From: an uncultured bacterium
Lineage (GTDB): Bacteria; Krumholzibacteriota; Krumholzibacteriia; WVZY01
Direction of reading: 5' to 3'
NCBI GenBank assembly: GCA_964645735.1
Contig: CAZYCB010000148.1
Coordinates: forward strand, 1 to 40,273
DNA length: 40,273 nucleotides
In this document: positions 25,725 through 38,762 of the stretch, in pieces
Position numbering within the stretch: the stretch's first letter is position 1
Layout: every line of letters begins with the position of its first letter
The notes under the pieces: model-generated
The model's database searches: none
What the model was told of the DNA's origin: nothing
What the model saw: only the letters and a program-made list of their open reading frames with translations
Position numbers and translations under genes: made by a program

Positions 25725-28088
25725 TTGCCAGCACGGAAGGATCCTGACGAGCGGCTTCACGCCCTCGAGCCCCAATTCGAGAATTGGGAGAAAGTAAAGG
25801 ACTGCGCCGACCAGTTCATCGACATCATGCTCAACTACCGCCAGAGCGGGCACCCGGGCGGTTCCCGTTCCAAGGTGCACGCGTTCGTCGCCACGCTCCT
25901 CGGCGGGTTCATGCGGTGGGACATCCGTCACCCGGAGAAACCCTTTTCGGATCGTTTCATTCTCGTCGCCGGCCACACCGTTCCGCTTATCTATGGCACG
26001 TTTCCCGTTTTCTTCGAGGCATTGCGCGCGAAGTACGAGAAAACCCACAACGACCGCTACCTCGTCCCGAATGCGGGAGAACGCGCGCTGTACTGGGAGG
26101 ATCTCGTTCTTTTCAGACGAAACAAGGGGCTCCCCGGTCACGCCGAAATGGAGGGAAAGACGCTTTTCCTCAAGTTCAACACGGGACCGTCCGCGCACGG
26201 GTCCCCTGCCGCAGCCGGGGAGGCGTTCGCTCTTAAACGGGCCGGCGCTGACGGGGTCAAGGTGTTCGCCTTCGAGGGTGAAGGAGGACTCACGCCCGGC
26301 GCCGCGCACGAAACGATGAACTCTGCTTGGGGGCTCGGCCTTTCAAACTTGTTTTACGTCGTCGACTGGAACGACTACGGGATCGATTCGCGCAAGTACA
26401 GCTCGGTGATCGACAAGACGCCGCGCGAATGGTTCGACGCGCACGGCTGGCGCGTGTGCGCGGCCGAGGATGGGAGCGACTGGAGAACAGTCACGCGTGC
26501 GATTGCCGACCTCGTCGAAGGTCCGAATCCCGAAAAGCGTCCGAACGTGATGTATATGAAGACGAGGAAAGGACGCGGCTACCTCAAGTACGATTACGCC
26601 TCGCACGGATCGCCCCACAAAATGAACTCGGAACTCTTCTGGCAAACGAAGCTCCCCTTCATGGAGAAGTACGGGGTGCGGTTCGAGGGCTACGGCGAGC
26701 CCGCCCCGGAAAACCCCGCCGCGGTCGTCGAACAGGAACGCGCGAATCTGAAGATAGTCGCCGGCGTTATTCGAGCCGACGAAGGACTCGTCGACTACCT
26801 GGCCGACAAGCTCGTCTCCATGGGCGAGTCGGTGCCCGACCGGCTTCCCTCCTTCAAGCTCGACACGTCGAGGAACCCCCTCGACGACTCGAGGCTCTGG
26901 GATTTCGAGAGCTACCCGAAGGAGATCTACGCCGCTCCCGGAGAGAAAAAACCCAACCGCGCGGCGCTCGAGACGTTCGGATCGTGGGTGAACGCGTGGT
27001 GCCGTAAAGAGTACAACCGTCCGCTCTTCATCGCGATGAGCGCCGACCTTGCCGACTCCACGAACATCGCGGGGTTCGCCAAGGACTTCGGCGAGAGCAA
27101 GGGATATGGCTGGTACGAGCGCGAATCGAACCCCGAGGGGACGCTCCTCCCGCAGCCGATCACGGAGTTCACGAACGCGGGAATCGCCTCGGGAATCGCC
27201 TCGGTGAACTTCAGCGACCGGCCGTTCGACAGCTTCAACGGTTTCCTCGCCGCGTGCTCCACCTACGGATCCTTCTCGTACCTCAAGTACGGACCGATGC
27301 GGCTTTTCAGTCAGCTCGCGCAGGACTCTCAGTTGAAGGTCGGTCAGGTCTTATGGGTCGTCGGGCACAGCGGAGTGGAGACCGCCGATGACTCGCGAAC
27401 TCACTTCGGCGTCTTCTCTCCGGGAGTGACACAGCTTTTCCCCGAAGGCCACGTGATCGACGTCCATCCCTGGGAACATAACGAGGTGCCCGTCGTCATT
27501 GCGGCGGCGATGCGTACGGGGGCGCCTATCGTCGCCCTCCATCTCACGCGCCCCCCCATCGCGATCCCCGATCGTCCGGCGCTCGGAATGCCCTCGCATT
27601 TCGATTCGGCCAGAGGCGCGTACGTGATCCGGCCGTACAGAGAGGATTTGCCGCGAATGGGAGCGGTCGTCGTCCAGGGAACGTCGACGACGAACAACGT
27701 AATCAAGATTCTAAAGAGGCTCGACGACGAGAAGATCAACGTCAAGATCGTCGCGGCAATCAGTCCGCAGCTCTTCGCCCTCCAGGACGAGGATTACAGG
27801 AAAACGGTCTACTCCGATTCGGACCGCATGGATGCGATGGCCGTGACCAACCGCGCGAGGCGGCTCATGGCCGATTGGATCGACCTCTCCCTCTCGGGCG
27901 GCTACACGCTCAGTTCCGATTGGGACAACCGCTGGCGTACGGGCGGGACGGTCGACGAGGTCGTCGAGGAAGCCCATCTCTCTCCGGATCACGTTTTCGA
28001 CGGCATACGGCGCTTCGCGAAGGAAAGAGAGAAGCGGCTGGGAAGATTGGCTCACATCGTCCAGGAAATCTGGAAGGCGCGAGGGTAA
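25725..28088 (+). CDS. Divergent transketolase-family ThDP enzyme (787 aa)
   Basis: TTG start with AAGGAG 8 nt upstream. Transketolase landmarks are present: SGHPGG, AGHTVP, PGHAE, TGPSAHG. The cofactor motif reads FEGEGG...VDWNDYGID instead of GDG...DDNxISID. A Pyr-domain and C-terminal-domain-like sequence follows. Confidence 0.75.
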   Translation: MPARKDPDERLHALEPQFENWEKVKDCADQFIDIMLNYRQSGHPGGSRSKVHAFVATLLGGFMRWDIRHPEKPFSDRFILVAGHTVPLIYGTFPVFFEALRAKYEKTHNDRYLVPNAGERALYWEDLVLFRRNKGLPGHAEMEGKTLFLKFNTGPSAHGSPAAAGEAFALKRAGADGVKVFAFEGEGGLTPGAAHETMNSAWGLGLSNLFYVVDWNDYGIDSRKYSSVIDKTPREWFDAHGWRVCAAEDGSDWRTVTRAIADLVEGPNPEKRPNVMYMKTRKGRGYLKYDYASHGSPHKMNSELFWQTKLPFMEKYGVRFEGYGEPAPENPAAVVEQERANLKIVAGVIRADEGLVDYLADKLVSMGESVPDRLPSFKLDTSRNPLDDSRLWDFESYPKEIYAAPGEKKPNRAALETFGSWVNAWCRKEYNRPLFIAMSADLADSTNIAGFAKDFGESKGYGWYERESNPEGTLLPQPITEFTNAGIASGIASVNFSDRPFDSFNGFLAACSTYGSFSYLKYGPMRLFSQLAQDSQLKVGQVLWVVGHSGVETADDSRTHFGVFSPGVTQLFPEGHVIDVHPWEHNEVPVVIAAAMRTGAPIVALHLTRPPIAIPDRPALGMPSHFDSARGAYVIRPYREDLPRMGAVVVQGTSTTNNVIKILKRLDDEKINVKIVAAISPQLFALQDEDYRKTVYSDSDRMDAMAVTNRARRLMADWIDLSLSGGYTLSSDWDNRWRTGGTVDEVVEEAHLSPDHVFDGIRRFAKEREKRLGRLAHIVQEIWKARG

Positions 28089-28251
28089 TTCTCCCCGGAA
28101 AAGGAATCCTCCGGCGGAGTCATTTGCGATTGCCAGCGAACGGCCGGATTTAATATACTGCGACTGCGACCCGCAACGGCATATGGCTGAGCCACAAACG
28201 ACACTGCGAGGCGATTCAACGGGGGCCTTTCTGGAGTGAGAGCCTGACACG

Positions 28252-28896
28252 ATGATTGGAGACATTGTCTTTCCCGAACCCCACCACACCGCCGCAGCGG
28301 AGGCCATCTTCGGCCTGTTGGAGCCCCGGATCGGCGACAAACGAAGAGCGATCACGATAGCCGGCGAGTCGGGCGCGGGGAAATCGGAAATAGCCCTCGA
28401 GCTCGAGCGGCTGCTCACCGGCATCGGGAAGAGATCGGTCATCCTCCAGCAGGACGACTACTTCTTTCTTCCCCCCAGATCGAACGAGGAAAACCGAAGG
28501 AAAAACATCAAGAGCGTCGGCCTCTCCGAAGTCAACCTCGTGCTGATGAATGAGCACATCAGGCGGTTCAAGTTTTCGCCGCACGAGAAGATCGAGAAAC
28601 CGCTCGTGATCTTCGAAGAGAACCGCGTCACGAAGGAAACCCTCATCCCCGCCGAAATCGATCTCTTCATCGCGGAGGGCACCTACACGACGCTCTTGAA
28701 CCACGCCGATTACCACGTGTTCATCGACCGGACCTACGAAGATACCCGGGCCCACAGAACGGGCAGGGGCCGCGATCCTCTCGACGAGATGTCCGAACGG
28801 TTCCTCGAGATCGAACACAGCATCATCTCGAAGCACAAGAGCATCGCCGAGATCGTCGTCAACAAGGACTACTCCGTCGCGTGGGTCGGCAAGTAG
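28252..28896 (+). CDS. P-loop kinase of the phosphoribulokinase / uridine kinase family; substrate unknown
   Basis: Walker A IAGESGAGKS, then LQQDDYFF. IAEGTYTTLL...YHVFIDRTYEDTRAHRTGRGRD parallels the Udk/PRK lid and RGR region. Confidence 0.7.
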   Translation: MIGDIVFPEPHHTAAAEAIFGLLEPRIGDKRRAITIAGESGAGKSEIALELERLLTGIGKRSVILQQDDYFFLPPRSNEENRRKNIKSVGLSEVNLVLMNEHIRRFKFSPHEKIEKPLVIFEENRVTKETLIPAEIDLFIAEGTYTTLLNHADYHVFIDRTYEDTRAHRTGRGRDPLDEMSERFLEIEHSIISKHKSIAEIVVNKDYSVAWVGK

Positions 28897-28924
28897 ATCC
28901 CCAACAGCCAGAATAGAGATCACC

Positions 28925-30175
28925 ATGCCGAAAGTCACACGCGTTTGCATGCTGAGCGTTCATGGGTACTTCGACCCCGTTCCCGTTCTCGGCGCCACGG
29001 ATACGGGCGGCCAGGTGACCTACGTTCTCGAGCTGGCCAAGGCGCTCGCCGAGTTCGGCGTTTCGGTCGACATCTACACCCGGCGCTTCGGCGGGCGATC
29101 CGAGATGGATCCCGTGAACCATGACGTGCGCGTGATCCGCATCCCGTGCGGAGGCAACGCGTTCATACGGAAAGAAGATCTTTTCCCCTATCTCGGCGAG
29201 TACACCGACGGCATGGCGGAGTACATCGAGAGAAACGGGCTGCGCTACGATCTCATCCACTCGCACTACTGGGACGCGGGCTGTGCAGGAATGGATCTCG
29301 CCAAACGGCTGAACCTACCGTTCATCTACACCGCGCATTCCTTGGGAGCCTGGAAAAAAGAACGGATGGGCGGGAACCCGGTCGAGATGGAGAAGCTCTT
29401 CAATTTCTCGGAGCGGATCCGCTGGGAGAAGGAGATCTTCCGCCGCGCGACGGCTCAGACGGTGACGACTCTCGACGGAAAGGAATCGTACAAGCGCCTC
29501 TACGGTTTCGAGAGCGGCGATCTCGTCGTCATTCCGCCCGGCGTCGACGTCCGGCGGTTCCGTCCGGAACCTTCCGTTCCGGCGCCGGAGATCGGCGTCC
29601 CGGAGGATTACATCTTCGCGCTCAGCCGTATCGATTCGAACAAGGGGCTCGACTATCTGATACGGGCGTTCGACCGAGTGCGGCGAACGAGCGCCACCCG
29701 CCTTCTCATCGGCGGCGGGTCGCAGGCGCCGAAAACGCACGAGGCCGAAGTGAGGGCGAATCTCGCCCGGCTCGTGGATTCGCTCGGGCTCGAGGAAAAA
29801 GTCACGTTCACCGGATACATACCGGACGAACATCTCGACACGTATTACCGCCGCGCCCGAGTGTTCGTTCTCCCGTCGAAGTACGAGCCCTTCGGCATGA
29901 CCGTGCTCGAAGCGATGGCCTGCGGCACGCCCGTAGTTGCCACCGGTCACGGAGGATTGCGGCACGTTCTCACGAACCGGCGCGACAGCCTCCTCGTCGA
30001 CCCATCGGACTCCGAGGAACTCGCCTCGGCGATCCTGGAAGTTCTTGACGACAAATCGCTGGCAAGCGAACTGCGCGCCGCGGGACTCGAGCTCGTGAAG
30101 ACAAAGTACTCTTGGCAAAGCATCGCCCAAGAGACGCTGTCGTTCTACGAGGAATACGCACCGCGGAGAGAATAA
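28925..30175 (+). CDS. GT4 glycosyltransferase, sucrose-phosphate-synthase-like
   Basis: HGYFDPVPVLGATDTGGQVTYVLELAKALAEFG and IRKEDLFPYLGEYTDG resemble the SPS N-domain. The C-terminal GT4 EX7E region is YEPFGMTVLEAMACGTPVVATGHGG. Confidence 0.78.
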   Translation: MPKVTRVCMLSVHGYFDPVPVLGATDTGGQVTYVLELAKALAEFGVSVDIYTRRFGGRSEMDPVNHDVRVIRIPCGGNAFIRKEDLFPYLGEYTDGMAEYIERNGLRYDLIHSHYWDAGCAGMDLAKRLNLPFIYTAHSLGAWKKERMGGNPVEMEKLFNFSERIRWEKEIFRRATAQTVTTLDGKESYKRLYGFESGDLVVIPPGVDVRRFRPEPSVPAPEIGVPEDYIFALSRIDSNKGLDYLIRAFDRVRRTSATRLLIGGGSQAPKTHEAEVRANLARLVDSLGLEEKVTFTGYIPDEHLDTYYRRARVFVLPSKYEPFGMTVLEAMACGTPVVATGHGGLRHVLTNRRDSLLVDPSDSEELASAILEVLDDKSLASELRAAGLELVKTKYSWQSIAQETLSFYEEYAPRRE

Positions 30176-30177
30176 CT

Positions 30178-30206
30178 TTGACCCGCGTCCGGGATTCTAT
30201 TAGATT
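30178..30206 (+). promoter_or_regulatory. Putative promoter for the cyclophilin gene
   Basis: TTGACC (30178-30183), a 17-nt spacer, then TAGATT (30201-30206). Confidence 0.3.
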
Positions 30207-30329
30207 ATGTTTTTCCGGGACCGGCGCGGGAAATCCACGATCTTCCCGCACGGAGGATGGACTGCCGACATTCGACAACACCGCGTCAATCAGTAGCTTC
30301 ACGGATAACCCCTGCGATAAGGAGGCAAC

Positions 30330-30962
30330 ATGAGAGAGACTCTCGTCGTCGCATTGACCGCGTTCGTGGCCGTCGGGCTCGTCATGTCGAGCTTCGGCTC
30401 GGGAGCGGCGCAGCAGAAGGCGAACCCTGTCGTCATGATGAAAACGAGTCTGGGAGACATCGCGATTGAGCTCTACCCCGACAAGGCGCCCGAGACGGTC
30501 GCCAACTTCATCGGCTACGTCGACAGCAAGTTCTACGACGGACTGATCTTTCACCGTGTGATGTCCAACTTCATGATCCAGGGCGGCGGCTTCAACAAGG
30601 ACATGGTCAGGAAGGAAACCAAACCCACGATCAAGAACGAGGCGGACAACGGGATCTCTAACATGAGGGGCACGATCGCGATGGCGCGGACGGGAGACCC
30701 GCACAGCGCAAGCTCGCAATTCTTCATCAATGTCGTGGACAACCAGCCTCTCGATTTCAAGAGCAAGGCTAACCCGGCGGGTTGGGGCTACTGCGTGTTC
30801 GGGAAAGTGATAAGCGGGATGGACGCCGTCGACAAGATTCGCCAAGTCCCGGTGACCAAGAAAGACGTCTACGAAAATGTGCCGGTCGAGCCGGTCGTCA
30901 TTTTGAACGCCCACAAGGCGACGGCGGACGAAATCCAGGCCCTCAAGGCGAAGAAGAAGTAG
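30330..30962 (+). CDS. Cyclophilin-type peptidyl-prolyl cis-trans isomerase, exported
   Basis: Signal peptide, then FHRVMSNFMIQGGGF, MARTGDPHSASSQFFIN and FGKVISGMD. AAGGAGG SD upstream. Confidence 0.93.
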   Translation: MRETLVVALTAFVAVGLVMSSFGSGAAQQKANPVVMMKTSLGDIAIELYPDKAPETVANFIGYVDSKFYDGLIFHRVMSNFMIQGGGFNKDMVRKETKPTIKNEADNGISNMRGTIAMARTGDPHSASSQFFINVVDNQPLDFKSKANPAGWGYCVFGKVISGMDAVDKIRQVPVTKKDVYENVPVEPVVILNAHKATADEIQALKAKKK

Positions 30963-31006
30963 CTTCGAGCTCGAACGGCGTTCTTAACGCCTTCGGACGC
31001 TGAAAC

Positions 31007-31040
31007 GAAAAACCGCCGGGGAAAACACCCGGCGGTTTTT
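31007..31040. terminator. Bidirectional intrinsic terminator between the cyclophilin gene and ligA
   Basis: A-run, then CCGCCGGG (31013-31020), loop GAAAACA, CCCGGCGG (31028-31035), then TTTTT. Confidence 0.8.
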
Positions 31041-31102
31041 CGTGGTCGGATCTTCGCGGCGAGAAGGCGCTCTCCCGCGCGCAGAGCGCAAGAGGAATCG
31101 AC

Positions 31103-35366
<4,264 letters not shown>

Positions 35367-35369
<3 letters not shown>

Positions 35370-35495
35370 AAGTGGTTTCGCTCTCCTCTCGCGGGGAGTG
35401 AAGGTGGTCTCGCTCTCCTCTCGCGTCATCTTCTGAGCTTCTGTAAACGTCGTGCATTCGCTCGAAAGTCGAGCGAGACCACCTTCACTCCCCGC
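35367..35495. repeat. 27-nt direct repeat (two copies) plus a 25-bp perfect inverted repeat between convergent genes
   Basis: Direct repeats at 35367-35393 and 35399-35425, 2 mismatches. Inverted repeat GCGGGGAGTGAAGGTGGTCTCGCTC at 35391-35415, with its exact reverse complement at 35471-35495. Confidence 0.85.
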
Positions 35496-36125
35496 TCACA
35501 GGAGCTTTTCTTCGTGTAAGTAGTTCTGAAGGGCTTTGAGATGCTCCCACGTCACCGTCTTCTTCGTGGGATCCCTCAGGAGAAACGCCGGATTGTACAT
35601 CACCATGAACTGGATGCCCGGAAAGCGGGGGACGGAGAAGAACTTCCCCGCTTCCTCCCCCATCTTCGTATCGGCCCTGGCGGCATCCACCCACTTGAGC
35701 GCCACGGCGCCGAGGAGAAGGATCACCTTCGGCTTCATGACCGAGATCTGCTTCTCGAGGAAAGGAAAGCAGGCGTCCACTTCTTCTTTGGAGGGAGAAC
35801 GATCCGACTCGGGTTTGCACCGCACGACATTCGTGATGAGGACGTGTTTGTCCGGATCGAGACCGATCGCTCTCAGCATCTTATCGAGGAGTTCGCCCGC
35901 TCTCCCGACGAAGGGTTTCCCCACGCGGTCCTCGTTGTCGCCGGGCCGTTCGCTGATGATGAGGATCGGCGCCTCGGGATTTCCCCGGTCGATGACGATG
36001 TTCGTCCGGCTGTAGGAGAGCGTACACCGCTGGCAGTTGTACTTAGACAACCTTTCCTTGTACTCGTCGTATGTCGTCGCCGCGAGAATCTGATTGAGCT
36101 CGGCATCGAAAAGATCTATCTGCAT
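35496..36125 (-). CDS. Family 4 uracil-DNA glycosylase
   Basis: Trimmed to ATG 36125 (GGGAGG SD). CQRCTL Fe-S Cys residues, then ILIISERPGDNEDRVGKPFVGRAGELL (motif A, E-x-P-G) and a C-terminal motif B region. Confidence 0.88.
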   Translation of the reverse strand: MQIDLFDAELNQILAATTYDEYKERLSKYNCQRCTLSYSRTNIVIDRGNPEAPILIISERPGDNEDRVGKPFVGRAGELLDKMLRAIGLDPDKHVLITNVVRCKPESDRSPSKEEVDACFPFLEKQISVMKPKVILLLGAVALKWVDAARADTKMGEEAGKFFSVPRFPGIQFMVMYNPAFLLRDPTKKTVTWEHLKALQNYLHEEKLL

Positions 36126-36187
36126 GATCGCCTCCCGTATGGGATTCGGCGCTTGCCAACAATACATCGAGAGATTAGATTCTCGTC

Positions 36188-36829
36188 ATGATCTTCCATC
36201 AAATAGAGGCGGGGGGCGACAGAAATTTTGCGTATCTCGTCGCAGACCGAGAGCACGGCACCGCCGCGCTCCTCGACCCCCCACCCAACACGTCCCTCTA
36301 TCTCCCTCTCCTCGAGGAACACGGCCTGGAGGTCGCCTACATCATCGCCACGCACGGCCACAGCGATCACACGTGGGGATTGGCCGGGGCGAAGCAGAGA
36401 ACAGGCGGGCGGACCGTCGCTCACGAAAAGAGTCTCGTTGACGCGGAGATCCGCGTCGGCGACGGTGACACGCTCCCGCTCGGAGCCATGACCCTCACGT
36501 TCATCCACACCCCCGGGCACACCGACGATTCGATATGCGTCCTCGCCGGCAAGAAACTCGTGACCGGCGACACGCTTTTCGTGGGCAAAGTCGGCGGCAC
36601 CGACTACGGATCAGACGCGCTCAAAGAATACGAGAGCCTCCACGACAGACTCATGACGCTCGATGACGACGTCGAGATCTACCCCGGTCATAACTACGGT
36701 GTGAAGCCCTCCTCCACGATCGGTCATGAACGCAGAACGAACCCGTTCCTTCTTCGCAATTCGTTCGACTCGTTCCTCGAACTCAAGAAGAACTGGCTCG
36801 AATACAAGAAAGCGCACGGGATCCTCTGA
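36188..36829 (+). CDS. MBL-fold metallo-hydrolase (glyoxalase II-like)
   Basis: THGHSDH metal motif, HTPGHT, and GDTLFVGKVGGTD. Confidence 0.88.
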   Translation: MIFHQIEAGGDRNFAYLVADREHGTAALLDPPPNTSLYLPLLEEHGLEVAYIIATHGHSDHTWGLAGAKQRTGGRTVAHEKSLVDAEIRVGDGDTLPLGAMTLTFIHTPGHTDDSICVLAGKKLVTGDTLFVGKVGGTDYGSDALKEYESLHDRLMTLDDDVEIYPGHNYGVKPSSTIGHERRTNPFLLRNSFDSFLELKKNWLEYKKAHGIL

Positions 36830-36830
36830 C

Positions 36831-36918
36831 GCGCCACCCGCGGCTCTGATGGAGTGCTCTGCAGGGTCGCTGAGAGCCCTGCGCTCCGCTTCGCTCGGCT
36901 TTCCACCGCGGGTGGCGC
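36831..36918. repeat. 13-bp perfect inverted repeat enclosing copy B of the dispersed 48-nt repeat
   Basis: GCGCCACCCGCGG (36831-36843) is the reverse complement of 36906-36918. Positions 36865-36912 match 20137-20184 at 41/48 by hand alignment. Confidence 0.75.
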
Positions 36919-37012
36919 CGATGGGGCCCTCGGGGCACGCATCTTGCAGTTTTGACTCGCCGAAGCCCTCAACCCATTAATTTAAAAACACTTGTAACCG
37001 GCGGTGAGATCG

Positions 37013-38659
37013 ATGAACGATCAGTTTTCCTCCATTACGGAAAAAATTCGTGCACTCAAAACGTCCACAGTCTCTCTCCTCGAGACGACACGCGACGGCG
37101 GCGTTCCCGCAGACACCCTGCGGCAGAACAAATCGCTCATCGTCGAGGAATATCAAAAGCTTCTGAACGAGGGCGCCAAGCAGCTCTTCAAAGACGACTT
37201 CGTCGGCTCCGAAACAGTGATACACGCGGTCGAGGATGCGTACGCCGCGTGGCGGGAGATCGACGCCTCTTTCCGGGAAACGCTCTCGCTCGCGTATGCC
37301 GGCACGATTTCGCGGCAGAACCTCCTCATCGACGACGTTCATGCCGAACTCAGGCAGAGGATCGGAGATCCGACGGCCGCGCTCTATACGCGTCTGCACA
37401 CGCTATGGGCCGATCATCTCGCAGGCCGACCATGGGATGCCCATCTGTCGGCGAGCGTCAAACACGCCGACGCGGATGAACTCAACAAGACCCTCCACTC
37501 TCTGGTTCACGGGGATCACCTCGACGTCGAGGACGCTCTTTCGACGATCACCGGGGCGCTCCGCTACGCCTTCGCCGACTACATCGAACACCGCGAAGAA
37601 CCGCTGGACCTGCTCGAGGAAAGCCTGTGGATGCGGCCAGAGATCGTCCTCATCAACGATTACTGGCAGTACCACCCGCACGTCCGGCTCCTCGATCTCC
37701 TCCGCCGCAAGGGCCTGCAGAAATGCTCGGGCGGTTTCGCGAAGGTCCAGGAGTTCTTCTCCGAAAACAACTCCCGCGTGGATAACGGCGCGGGCGAGCG
37801 GATCGTGAAAGAAGTCCAGAAAACCCGCCCCGAGGAAAAAGACACGTACCTCAGATGCCTCATGCTCCATCCGAATCACGATGTCCGCCGCTACGCGGTG
37901 AGCAACGTCAATCTCGACGGTTTCTGGAAAGTGGCCACGCCCGAGGCCGTACCTCTCATGACCGTTTTGAGCATGCTCGAGAAAGTGGCCGGCTCGAAAC
38001 AGTACGACGAGAGTTTCCAAAAGGTATTTTTTCACACGATTCACCGGCGTCTTCTTTCCGCGAGCTCGAGACCCGAGGTCCTCTACGCGAGCGGCATCGT
38101 CCGCATCCTGACGCAGCTCCCGTTTTTCATGGAGGACCCGTATTTCGAGAAGCTCATGCAGGTCGTCGACTACTTGACGGCCAAAGGAAAGCAGTACGGG
38201 ATCCAGACGGGGATCCTCGGCGAGTACGTCGAGAAGCTCCGCAAGGAGAAGGGCAAGATCGGCACCCTGCAAACCGATTCGCCGAACATCGCGAACATTC
38301 CCGTCGTCGTTCTGCGAAAGCTCGCTCGCGACGGCCACTTCTGGTACGAGCTTTCAACCCACCCGCTGTTCAAGATCGCGCGCGAAACCGTCCATCACAT
38401 CAACAGCGCGGACCGAGCGCTCCGCGTGGCCAACAACCATGTCGTCAACCAGGATGTCCTCCGCGAGGTTGGACGAAACAGGGGCCTGTTCGCGACTCGC
38501 ACGGCGAGGCTTGCGCTTCTCAGCAATCCCCGCACACCGCCTGCGGTGTCGCTCGACTATCTCCCGGACCTCAGCCGGCAGGATCAGGACCAGCTTCTGC
38601 GCCGATCCACGGTCCATCCGGAGCTGCGCAGGCGTCTTCTCGAACGCGAGCGCGCGTAG
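37013..38659 (+). CDS. Hypothetical alpha-helical repeat protein (HEAT/LRV-like segments)
   Basis: It is a long ORF with protein-like composition. HPNHDVRRYAVSNV resembles a PBS-lyase HEAT repeat, and LALLSNPRTPPAVSLDYL resembles an LRV repeat. I recognise no catalytic motif. The start is ATG 37013 or GTG 37004. A possible promoter TTGACT (36952) and an AT-rich -10 lie upstream. Confidence 0.65.
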   Translation: MNDQFSSITEKIRALKTSTVSLLETTRDGGVPADTLRQNKSLIVEEYQKLLNEGAKQLFKDDFVGSETVIHAVEDAYAAWREIDASFRETLSLAYAGTISRQNLLIDDVHAELRQRIGDPTAALYTRLHTLWADHLAGRPWDAHLSASVKHADADELNKTLHSLVHGDHLDVEDALSTITGALRYAFADYIEHREEPLDLLEESLWMRPEIVLINDYWQYHPHVRLLDLLRRKGLQKCSGGFAKVQEFFSENNSRVDNGAGERIVKEVQKTRPEEKDTYLRCLMLHPNHDVRRYAVSNVNLDGFWKVATPEAVPLMTVLSMLEKVAGSKQYDESFQKVFFHTIHRRLLSASSRPEVLYASGIVRILTQLPFFMEDPYFEKLMQVVDYLTAKGKQYGIQTGILGEYVEKLRKEKGKIGTLQTDSPNIANIPVVVLRKLARDGHFWYELSTHPLFKIARETVHHINSADRALRVANNHVVNQDVLREVGRNRGLFATRTARLALLSNPRTPPAVSLDYLPDLSRQDQDQLLRRSTVHPELRRRLLERERA

Positions 38660-38762
38660 GATCTCCAGGAACTTCTTGCGGGCGGAACCCGCCTGGGATA
38701 CCCTCCTCACTCGAGTTGCGTCCCGGGATGTCCGTCGATCGTTCTTGGCTCCGCTCCACATC

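Noticed and set aside
23376-26309. 977-aa minus-strand ORF, the longest in the track
   Set aside because: It is antisense to four plus-strand genes with clear family signatures (NlpC/P60, GbsR, polyprenyl synthase, transketolase-like). Its R/E/V/H/G-rich, low-complexity composition is typical of open antisense frames in GC-rich DNA.
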